A stretch of DNA of 64,000 nt from a virus, in the IMG/VR virus record IMGVR_UViG_3300025154_000061, positions 1 through 64,000 of that record; one strand, written 5' to 3'. Below, in pieces: positions 18,842 to 27,363 of this stretch. The first letter of the stretch is position 1; every line of letters starts with the position of its first letter. The position numbers were made by a program, and so were the translations under genes. Under the pieces are notes generated by a model. That model saw only the letters and a list, made by a program, of their open reading frames with translations. It searched no databases and had not been told where the DNA came from.

Positions 18842-21016
18842 ATGGCGAAGCTAGCTGCAACCACCTTTAGATTCAGTGGTCTCTACTACCCGGAAATTCT
18901 TCAAGATCTGACGGTTCACGGTCGGATCAACACCCCCGAGATTACCGACGAGGATCCGCACGAGCCCTTCGTTCAGTTTCGCCGCGAAACCGCCTACGCG
19001 TTGCACAACGCGAACGTCTTGCTCGACCATATCGCCCTTGAAGCCTTGCTCCCGACGGCCCGCCTGCGCGAGACGGTGCGCGGGCAACTCGCCTTGATCG
19101 GCTACCGCCTCGCGCAGCCCTCGCCCGCCGTCGCCGAACTCGTCGCGAAGCTGTCGAGCCCGCTCTCGGGGGCGACGACGTTCGCGCGGGGGGCGCGCTA
19201 TGCCGTCCCGGGCACCAAGACGACCGCCGAGATCCGCTTCGAGCAGAGCGCCGACCTCGTCGCGAGCGCGTCGCGTTACCCGACGAAGGTGCTCGAAGAC
19301 GACGCGGGCGTCGTGACCGACCGCACGAGCGCCGCCACGACCCCGGGGGCCTTGTGGGTGCCGTGGGGCGCCGGTCCCGTCAGCGGCGACGCGCTTTACG
19401 TCGGGCACGATTCGGTCGAGTGGGTGAAGACGTCGTTCGTTCTCGGCGGGCTTGGGCTCACGGGCTCGCCCGACTTCGTGATCGAATACTACGACGGGGG
19501 CGTCGACGATTGCGCCCCTGACGCCGTCGCCGTTGCGGGCGGCGGGCTCGTCGTCGACCTGACGACCCTTCTCGGCCCGCTACACCGGCACGGCGCGACC
19601 GTGCGCGTGCGCTGCGTGGCGACGGGTGTCTACGAAGACGTCGTGTCGACGTGGAACGGCGGCACCTCGACGAACGAGGCGACGACGTCGACTTTTCTCG
19701 GGCAGGCGATCGCCTCGGTTGCCCCCGGCGACTACGTCGTCGGCGCCCCGTGGAAAGAGTTCGAGGGGCTCGTCACCGAGATCTCGGCCGATCACCTCAC
19801 CGTTTCGCTAGAAACGCCCCTTCCCGAGTCGACGTCGCGTCAGTGGCAGAAGACCACGGTCGCCGCGACGATCGACGCCTATTGGTGGCGCCTGCGTTGG
19901 TTGGCGACCTTCGGCTCGGCCCTCACGTTCGACACGATCGAGATCGACGACGGCGAGCAGTTCGTCAAGTTCGAGGCGATCCAAGGCGAGAGCGTCACCG
20001 ACAACCCGGCCGGGTCGTCTTCGGGCGATTCCGACCAAGTGATCTTGACCTCGCGGGAAGACGTGATCGACGGCTCGCTCGTCGTCTACGTCGACGAGGG
20101 ATCGGGGTGGGTCGCGTGGGGCAGCGTCGACGACTTCCTCTCGTCGACGAGCACCTCTCGGCACGCGGTCGTCGACTACGACGAGAGCGGGCGCGCGATC
20201 GTCATGTTCGGCGACGGGGCGCACGGGATGATCCCGCCGACCGGGACCGACAACTATCGCCTCGACTACCGCGTCGGCGCGTCGGCCGACGGCAACGTCG
20301 GCGCGGGCGAGATCTCGCGCAACCTCTCGGGCTCTTCTCGCGTGCGCAGCGTGACGAACCCCCGGGCGGCCGTCGGTTGGCAGCCCGCCGAGGGCGGGAC
20401 CGACGCCGATCTCGCCCGGGTGAAGATCGCAGGCCCCGCGACGCTGCGCACTATGGGGCGGGCGCTGACCGCCGACGACTGCGAAGCCCTCGCCGTCGCC
20501 TACAAGACCGCGAACGGCTCGCGGCCCGCGCTGCGCGCGAACTCGATCGAGGAAGCCTTCGGCGTGAAGACGATCGGGCTCTACCTCGTCGGGGCGGGCG
20601 GGGGTGCGCTGACGGTCGATCAACTCGACGAGTTCGATCTCTACTTCAACGGCGACCCGATCGAGAACCTCTCGGGGGTTCTCGTGCTGAACTCCGAATT
20701 GACCTCGGCGAACTACTCGCCCAAGACGATCGATGTCGTGATCACGACCAAGGGCGGGACGCAGGCGGTAGTCGAGCAGGCGATCGCCGCCTACCTGTCG
20801 CCTGTGGCGAAGGTAGCGAGCGGGCCGAACGTCGGCGCGTGGTTGCACGAGTTCGACTCGGCCGTCTACCTGTCGAAGATCGACGCGATCGTTCACGACG
20901 CCGATCCCGACGTGCGGGGCGTCGTCGCGCTGACGCTGAACGGCGCCGCCCTCGACGTCACCTACGGGCCGACCGAACTCCCGACGCTTGGAACTCTCGC
21001 CGTCATCGTTACTTAA
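18842..21016 (+). CDS. baseplate J-like wedge protein
   Basis: LPTARLRETV..LIGYRL, VMFGDGAHGMIPP, YRVG..ADGNVGAGEI, RALTADDCEALA. Confidence 0.88.
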   Translation: MAKLAATTFRFSGLYYPEILQDLTVHGRINTPEITDEDPHEPFVQFRRETAYALHNANVLLDHIALEALLPTARLRETVRGQLALIGYRLAQPSPAVAELVAKLSSPLSGATTFARGARYAVPGTKTTAEIRFEQSADLVASASRYPTKVLEDDAGVVTDRTSAATTPGALWVPWGAGPVSGDALYVGHDSVEWVKTSFVLGGLGLTGSPDFVIEYYDGGVDDCAPDAVAVAGGGLVVDLTTLLGPLHRHGATVRVRCVATGVYEDVVSTWNGGTSTNEATTSTFLGQAIASVAPGDYVVGAPWKEFEGLVTEISADHLTVSLETPLPESTSRQWQKTTVAATIDAYWWRLRWLATFGSALTFDTIEIDDGEQFVKFEAIQGESVTDNPAGSSSGDSDQVILTSREDVIDGSLVVYVDEGSGWVAWGSVDDFLSSTSTSRHAVVDYDESGRAIVMFGDGAHGMIPPTGTDNYRLDYRVGASADGNVGAGEISRNLSGSSRVRSVTNPRAAVGWQPAEGGTDADLARVKIAGPATLRTMGRALTADDCEALAVAYKTANGSRPALRANSIEEAFGVKTIGLYLVGAGGGALTVDQLDEFDLYFNGDPIENLSGVLVLNSELTSANYSPKTIDVVITTKGGTQAVVEQAIAAYLSPVAKVASGPNVGAWLHEFDSAVYLSKIDAIVHDADPDVRGVVALTLNGAALDVTYGPTELPTLGTLAVIVT

Positions 21017-21028
21017 TAGGGGGCGAAC

Positions 21029-22321
21029 GTGGCAGGGCTTGAAGAGCGCGCGCTAGGCTGGCCCGACGAGACGGGCGTCGCCGCGAATATCGTTGGCCCG
21101 GTTGCAACCGACGTTCCGCCCGTGGGGGTTTACGACTCGCTGCCCGAGTCGCTGCGCATGATCGACGAGACGCTCGGGAACGGGCTGCTCGCGCGCTACT
21201 TCGCGCGAATCGACGAGCACTTCGCCCGCTTCGCGCAGAAGGCTTGGAAGATCCCCCGCCTGACCGACGTCGCCAACGTCCCGCCCGAGATCGTCGACGC
21301 GCTGCGCTACCTCGTCGGCCTCGGTGACGACGCGATCCCCGCCTCGGTCTATGAGCAGATCGCGGGCGACGATCGCGCGACGGCCCGAAAGCTCGTGAAG
21401 GGCGCGTGTCGTTTTTGGGCGCGACGTGGGCGACGCGACGCGCTCTACGATCTTTGCCGCTTGATCGTCAACGACAGGCCCGCGATCGATTCGTGGTTCG
21501 ACGTGCGCTTCCTCGTCGGCGAGGTCTTCGTCGGTGTGACCGCGCTACCGGGCGCCGACCCGTGGGCGCTGATCGCCGACGTTGGGCTCGCGACCCCCGG
21601 GATCACCTCGGGCGAAGTCGCCGTGTCGATACGCCTGCCTATCGCCTCGGGCGATCTGACCGAGGCCCTCGCCGCGATCGTGGTCCTGACGCTCGCCCGG
21701 CCGGTCGCCGAGCGCTACGAGGTCGCCCTCGTCGACTTCCTCGACACCTTCGCGATCGAGCGGGGCTCGAACTGGCAGACCAAGTCGGGGCCGCAGACGA
21801 CTTGGATCGCGGGCGACTCGTCGATCCCGCAACTCCCGGGCTTGCTCTTCACCGAGAACGGGCAGCGTGAAGGCGCGGCGCCCCCTCTCGCGTCGACGTG
21901 GGCTCAATACCACGTCTCGGCCGTGATCGATTGGCTTGCGTCGCAAGAGGCCGTTTTGCGCTTCTACGTGCTCGACGATTCGAACTACTACTTCGCGCGG
22001 TTCGCACCCCCGGGGACGGTCGAGATCGGGAAGGTGATCCTCGGCGTGTCGACTGTGCTCGCGACGACCGCCGTCGTCGACCTGTCGACGCCCGCCCCTC
22101 GGGGGATCCGGGTCAACGTCGAGGAAGACAACGTCGGCGTGAATCAGATCGACGTGTGGGTCGACGGGGATCTCGTGCTTTCTCACCACGGCGACAGCGA
22201 TCGTCGCAGTGGCGCGATCGAGTTCGAGGCGACGAGCGCCCCTGTCGGCGGCGCGGGCTTCATCCTGCAACGGGTCGAACTTTTCACGCACCCGCTCACC
22301 GTGCTACACTTGACCCCGTAG
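21029..22321 (+). CDS. baseplate/tail protein I-like with C-terminal lectin-like beta-sandwich
   Basis: gpI-like N-terminus (LPESLR..D..LLARYF, WARRGRRDAL); beta-rich C-terminus. Confidence 0.65.
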   Translation: MAGLEERALGWPDETGVAANIVGPVATDVPPVGVYDSLPESLRMIDETLGNGLLARYFARIDEHFARFAQKAWKIPRLTDVANVPPEIVDALRYLVGLGDDAIPASVYEQIAGDDRATARKLVKGACRFWARRGRRDALYDLCRLIVNDRPAIDSWFDVRFLVGEVFVGVTALPGADPWALIADVGLATPGITSGEVAVSIRLPIASGDLTEALAAIVVLTLARPVAERYEVALVDFLDTFAIERGSNWQTKSGPQTTWIAGDSSIPQLPGLLFTENGQREGAAPPLASTWAQYHVSAVIDWLASQEAVLRFYVLDDSNYYFARFAPPGTVEIGKVILGVSTVLATTAVVDLSTPAPRGIRVNVEEDNVGVNQIDVWVDGDLVLSHHGDSDRRSGAIEFEATSAPVGGAGFILQRVELFTHPLTVLHLTP

Positions 22322-22334
22322 GGGAGGCGCGACT

Positions 22335-25085
22335 ATGGCAACCGAGCAAAGATCCGTTCGGCTTTACGATAAAAAGCTCTTGGGCCTCGCCGACTTGAAG
22401 GATCGTTGGTTCGATTACTTGAAGTCGAACGTCGAGACGATCTTCGCCCGGGTGTGGGGGCGCGTTCCGGGGCTCTTCGCCGCCCTCGATCTCGATATCA
22501 CGGTCGCGAATGCCTTCTCGCTCGACCCCGTGTCGTTTGCGGCGCTCGACGGGAACGGCGGTTGCATCGTCAACACCGCTTCCGACTACACCTCGAACGT
22601 CACCTTCAAGAACACCGTCGCGACGAGCTATGAGGTCGGGCTCTTGAACGTCACGATCCCGAGCGGGGTCGAGCGCAACCCGCGCACGGGCGACGCCGCC
22701 TACTCGGCGAACGAAGAGATCCTCGGGTTCGTGAAGCAGCCGACGTCGATCCTCGGCTACTCGGGGCCGGGGCTTTCGATTCGCGTCGATAGCCTCTTTC
22801 AAGCGGGCGTGTCGAACTCGGGGCGCGCCGTGCGCGTCTACCTCGTGACGCCTCGAAGCGCGGTTTCGACGGTCGCGTTCGAAGACTGTTACGTCACCTA
22901 CGCCAGCGGGCAGAACCGGATCACGACGACGGGCACGCTCGGGCAGGGGATCCCGTCGAGTATGGTCGCCGCCGACTACCGCGTCGCGCTGCTCGGGCCG
23001 ATCGTGGCCGAGGGCGTCGGCGCGCTTGCCGCGATCGAGCCCCTCGCGACCTACGTCGGGACCGTGGTCGGCGGCGGGGCTGGCAACCCGCCCGCCTCGA
23101 AAGACACGAGCGCGCAAAACGTCTTCTCGACGACGGGGATCGGCTTCCTCGGCGAAGTGATCGAGATCGACGCCCACGGGCACGCGAAGATCTGCGTCAA
23201 GGCCGACGCCAGCGACGCGGACACGCCGCAGATTTCGGTGAAGTCGGCGGCGGGCGCGCGCCTCTTCACGGTCGACGAAGACGGCGACGCGACGATCGGC
23301 GACGGCACCGCTGCGACGTCGCCCCTCTTCAAGCTCGACGGCCTCGCGGCCGATCTCGATCTGCTCGTCGATGCGGGGGTTCCGACCGTGCGCTCGGTGG
23401 GCGCCGACAAGGATCTTCAACTCTTGGCGACAGGCACGGGCGCGGCCGTCGTGGCGGCGCGCTTGCGTGCCCTCTCGACGTTGAAGATCTTCGACGTCAA
23501 CGCGGCGGCCGGGGTCGACTTCTCGTCGGCGAGTGACACCGCGATCGACGCCGCGCTACCGTCGAACCTGCTCGGCGCGATCAACGTCATGGGCGAGCAC
23601 GCTACCGCGTTGCAATGGGCGTTTTCGACCGTGCTCTTGACGGGCGGGCTCGTCAGCGGCGAGGGGGCGGCGACGCTCGACGCGCCGATCTCGGCGTCGT
23701 TCTATCTCTACAACGGGCGTCGCTACTACAGGGCGGGCACGACGATCGCGCTGCCCGACAACGCGACGAGCTACGTCTACTGGAATGCGGCGACGAACGC
23801 CTATGCTTGGACGGCGTCGATCACGTTCGGCGGGACGGCGCGCGTCTACCTCGCCCGGGTGACGACGACGGCGGGCGGGATCGACTTCGGCGATATCGCC
23901 GACCTGCGGGCGCCGCTGAATATGCTCGGTTCGCGTGACGAGATCCTCGTCGGCCCGACCGGGACTGACGGGGTGCAGTTCAACACGATCGGGCGCGCTC
24001 TCGAATACGTGCGCGAGCACCTCGATCCGACGTCGGGAACGGCGACGCGGGCGTTCAAGATCAAGCTCGTCGGCCCCGTGGTCGAAACGACCCTCCCCCT
24101 CACGATCCCCTGTAGTGGGATCACGATTGAGGGCTCGTCGACCGACCCCGCGCGACCCGCGTCGGTGACGTGGTCGGGAGATACGCTGCTCTTTGACCTG
24201 AACGCGAAGAGCTATCTCGTCTTCCGCGATCTCGCGCTGCGATTCTCGTCGGCGACCCCCGCTTCGGCTGCCGCGCTGCGTGCGCCGTTTGGGGGTACGG
24301 GCCTCTCGCAGTTCTGCGTTTTCGACAACGTGCGCCTCGAAAACGTAGGGTTGACCGCCAATGGCCCGCATTTCTTCCTCGCGGGTGCTTGGGCGCCGGG
24401 GTCGGGGCTCTCGCACACCGTTTTCCGCAAGTGCTCGGCCGAGTTCGTCGCCAACGGCGGGATCGAGTGCTACTCGTTCAGCGATTCGACGGTTGTCGAC
24501 TGCGAGTTCTACTCGGATCTCGCCCTCTACAACGCGGCCGTTGGCGGCCGAGACGGGATCCACGCGGCGACGGGCGCGCTCGTTCGCGTCATGCGGACCC
24601 GTCTCGAAAAGTTCGAGTTGCGGGGGGTGTGGTTGACGGGCGTCGACGACGCCCTCGTCGACGGCAACTTCGTTTTCGGGTGCGGGTATGAGGGGATCTC
24701 GTTCCCGTTGGGCGGCGGCGTGCGCTGCAAGGTGACGAACAACACCGTCATGGGCTGCGCGACGCAGTTCACAGCGGCCCAAGACGCCTATGCGATCGTG
24801 GTCGAGCAAGACGACGCGTCCGTCAGCGACAACTACGCGCCCGTTGTCAACAATGCCCCTGCGGGCGGGAAGTATGTCGCCGGGCTGCTCGCCAACGGGC
24901 ACCGCATGACGATCACGGGGAACAACGTCGTCGGCGTCGGCGGCGGTGGCGCGACACAAGCGGGGATGGTTCTTGGCGCGAACGCGAACGCCTGTATCGC
25001 GACGGGCAATCACTTCAACGGGCGGGGAGTCACCGATCTCGGCGCGGCTAATCTCTGCGACCTCTTGGTCGCGAATCAGCCCTAG
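22335..25085 (+). CDS. tail fibre/spike with C-terminal right-handed beta-helix
   Basis: FNTIGRAL linker followed by repeated V/I-x-G/D/N-N beta-helix motifs; last gene of the tail cluster. Confidence 0.75.
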   Translation: MATEQRSVRLYDKKLLGLADLKDRWFDYLKSNVETIFARVWGRVPGLFAALDLDITVANAFSLDPVSFAALDGNGGCIVNTASDYTSNVTFKNTVATSYEVGLLNVTIPSGVERNPRTGDAAYSANEEILGFVKQPTSILGYSGPGLSIRVDSLFQAGVSNSGRAVRVYLVTPRSAVSTVAFEDCYVTYASGQNRITTTGTLGQGIPSSMVAADYRVALLGPIVAEGVGALAAIEPLATYVGTVVGGGAGNPPASKDTSAQNVFSTTGIGFLGEVIEIDAHGHAKICVKADASDADTPQISVKSAAGARLFTVDEDGDATIGDGTAATSPLFKLDGLAADLDLLVDAGVPTVRSVGADKDLQLLATGTGAAVVAARLRALSTLKIFDVNAAAGVDFSSASDTAIDAALPSNLLGAINVMGEHATALQWAFSTVLLTGGLVSGEGAATLDAPISASFYLYNGRRYYRAGTTIALPDNATSYVYWNAATNAYAWTASITFGGTARVYLARVTTTAGGIDFGDIADLRAPLNMLGSRDEILVGPTGTDGVQFNTIGRALEYVREHLDPTSGTATRAFKIKLVGPVVETTLPLTIPCSGITIEGSSTDPARPASVTWSGDTLLFDLNAKSYLVFRDLALRFSSATPASAAALRAPFGGTGLSQFCVFDNVRLENVGLTANGPHFFLAGAWAPGSGLSHTVFRKCSAEFVANGGIECYSFSDSTVVDCEFYSDLALYNAAVGGRDGIHAATGALVRVMRTRLEKFELRGVWLTGVDDALVDGNFVFGCGYEGISFPLGGGVRCKVTNNTVMGCATQFTAAQDAYAIVVEQDDASVSDNYAPVVNNAPAGGKYVAGLLANGHRMTITGNNVVGVGGGGATQAGMVLGANANACIATGNHFNGRGVTDLGAANLCDLLVANQP

Positions 25086-25111
25086 TCGAGCGATCACCCA
25101 CGGGGGCAGCC

Positions 25112-26086
25112 GTGACAACCGAGCAGTTCTACAAGGCGGCGGCGCAGTTCAACGAGAAGGCGGCGGGTAAGATCTGGCCCGTCGCCCTTCTGCCTTGGTG
25201 GGTGCGCGGGATCGACCCGCTTTCGCACGCCTTCGTCGACGCCGTCGCGGGCTACCAACGCGCGCACGGGCTCGACGTCGACGGCAAGCTCGGGGGCGAC
25301 ACTTGGGGCGCGATCGTGGCGACCGAGCACGTTCGCGAGCCCGACGTCACGCAGGCCGCCCCGCGCTTCGAGCCGTGCCTCGGCGATAGGTACGCCTATC
25401 GACCGACGGCGCGCGTCGAGAAGGCCCGCACGAAGCCCGTCAAGGGGCTCGGGCTGCATACCACGGGGATCGGGATCTTCAACGCGGCGACGAAGCGCGG
25501 GATCTCGGTGCGCGCCGTGCTCGATTCGTTGATCTCGCAGCCGAGCGCCTACTCGCCGAACGCCTACGTCGTGCCCGGGGGCGACGTGATCGTCGTCGTG
25601 CCGCCGAACGAGCAGGCCCTTCATGGGGGCTACGGCTCGACGCGCGCTCTCTACGCGCAGGGGTTCGAGGCGTGGTCGCGCTACGTCGGGAACGGTGGGG
25701 CCGAGTCGGTTCGCCCCGGGGCGAAGCCGGGCCGATACGATGCCTGGGCCGCGCTCGCGAAGCGCTACGGCTTCAAGAGCCCGCTCGAACTCACGGCCGA
25801 CCCGAACAACGAGCTTTACGCGGTCGACCTCGTGCCCGTCTACGCCGACGGGATCAAGGGCGAGCACTACGACGACGCGCAGATCGATCGGTTGGCCGAG
25901 ATCGCGGTATGGGCGGCCGGGCGATTCGGGTTTCCGCTCGCCTTCCCGCGTGTCTTGCAGCATATGCATTGGAATCCGCTGACGCGGTGGGCTTGGGATG
26001 TCGGGGGCGACTTCTCATTCGCCCGGCTCGGCGCTGCGATTCGCGCGCGGGGCGTCGACGTGAAGCTCGGCGCGGGCGACGACTAG
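25112..26086 (+). CDS. endolysin: peptidoglycan-binding domain plus amidase-like domain
   Basis: AVAGYQRAHGLDVDGKLGGDTW (PG-binding_1) and LGLHTTG...LQH (Amidase_2-like). Confidence 0.75.
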   Translation: MTTEQFYKAAAQFNEKAAGKIWPVALLPWWVRGIDPLSHAFVDAVAGYQRAHGLDVDGKLGGDTWGAIVATEHVREPDVTQAAPRFEPCLGDRYAYRPTARVEKARTKPVKGLGLHTTGIGIFNAATKRGISVRAVLDSLISQPSAYSPNAYVVPGGDVIVVVPPNEQALHGGYGSTRALYAQGFEAWSRYVGNGGAESVRPGAKPGRYDAWAALAKRYGFKSPLELTADPNNELYAVDLVPVYADGIKGEHYDDAQIDRLAEIAVWAAGRFGFPLAFPRVLQHMHWNPLTRWAWDVGGDFSFARLGAAIRARGVDVKLGAGDD

Positions 26087-26097
26087 GGGGAGGGGGG

Positions 26098-26589
26098 ATG
26101 CCTAAATTCGTGAAGCGCCGGGGGGCTCTTCTCGTGCTCGTGATCGTGGCCGTCGCGGGGGTCATGCTCGCGGCGGGCGCCGCGTTCGCGCAAGGCGAGG
26201 CCGCAGCGATTCCGGCCGGGCTGCCTTGGAACGCGATCGCGTTCGGGGGCATGGCGGGGTTGCAGATCTTGACGCTCGCCGTTCAGTTCGCGAAGGGCAG
26301 CGCGCAGCGGATTGACGGGATCAACGACCAAATGGTCGCGCAGGTCGAGACGGTCGAGGCCGCTATCGAGGCGCGAATCGTCGGCGTCGAGAGCGCCTTC
26401 GGCGAACTGAACTCGAACCTCGCTGCGGTCGCGAACGCCTTCGCCGACGTCATGAACGACGATCGCATTCACCGCTACTATCACGACGTCGAATGCGCTC
26501 GGCGACACGAAGAGCCTACGCCGCCTGAGCCGAAGCGGATCTCTCTGCCGAAATTCGCCGAGATCACCACGGGAAGGAAGCCGTCATGA
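26098..26589 (+). CDS. membrane protein of lysis cassette
   Basis: Signal/TM segments then a coiled coil; RBS GGGGGAGGGGGG. Confidence 0.6.
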   Translation: MPKFVKRRGALLVLVIVAVAGVMLAAGAAFAQGEAAAIPAGLPWNAIAFGGMAGLQILTLAVQFAKGSAQRIDGINDQMVAQVETVEAAIEARIVGVESAFGELNSNLAAVANAFADVMNDDRIHRYYHDVECARRHEEPTPPEPKRISLPKFAEITTGRKPS

Positions 26590-27107
26590 AGCGCCTTTGC
26601 GCCGCCCTCGCCCTTTCGCTGCTCGCGTTCCTCGTCGTTCCGCACCTCGCCGCGCAGACCGCCGGGGCGTTCGACACCCCGGGGGCTGCCTCGACGGCGA
26701 CCCCTGCGCCCTCGCCGACGGCCGAGCCCTCGTTCGACGACGTCACGACTACGACGACGGTCGTCTCGACCTCGACGGCGCCGCTCACCCCGGGCGAGAT
26801 CGAGTCAATGCTCGTTTCGATCCTCGCCGGGCTCGTGCTCGGGCTTGTGATCGCGATCGGGAAGGCGATCCCCGTCTTCTCGGCGTCGGCCTCGAAGGGG
26901 TCGTTCGCGAACAAGGCGATCGTCCCGGTCGCGCTGCTCGTCGGGATTGGCTTCGCAGCGGTCAAGTCGGCTGCGATCGGGCCGCCGATCGTCGACGAAG
27001 CCTCTTGGAACGCCCTTCTCTTGCGGGGCGTCGAGATCTCGGCAATGGCGGCGGGCTTCCGGTCGTGGGTGAAGACCTTCGGGCGCCCGACCGATAGGCT
27101 AGCCTAA
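26586..27107 (+). CDS. holin-like membrane protein
   Basis: Signal peptide plus 2-3 hydrophobic helices, downstream of endolysin. Confidence 0.55.
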   Translation: MKRLCAALALSLLAFLVVPHLAAQTAGAFDTPGAASTATPAPSPTAEPSFDDVTTTTTVVSTSTAPLTPGEIESMLVSILAGLVLGLVIAIGKAIPVFSASASKGSFANKAIVPVALLVGIGFAAVKSAAIGPPIVDEASWNALLLRGVEISAMAAGFRSWVKTFGRPTDRLA

Positions 27108-27109
27108 CG
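27092..27109. promoter_or_regulatory. palindrome copy CGATAGGCTAGCCTAACG (1 mismatch)
   Basis: At the end of the late/lysis operon. Confidence 0.6.
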
Positions 27110-27327
27110 TTACGCCTCGCGAATCGCCCTCGTATAGCGCCAATCCAGCGCGCACCCCTCCCCGAGAATCTTCAATCGCGCCAACGACTTGCGAGAATGG
27201 CCCTTTATACGCCCGAGAAGGCCCCTTCCTGCGTTCCGCCCCCGCGGGGGCGGTCGTCGTAGCCCCGAGGCCCTAGAAACGTCGCGGCGACCCCGCCGCG
27301 TTGGCCGTCGACGGGCTCTCTTCGTGC

Positions 27328-27355
27328 GCGACGGTCGACCGTCAGGCGGCGTAGA
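27328..27355 (+). promoter_or_regulatory. GCGACG-N16-CGTAGA promoter-like motif
   Basis: One of 8 copies with identical spacing; ends 8 nt before the helicase ATG. Confidence 0.7.
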
Positions 27356-27363
27356 GTCGGGCG

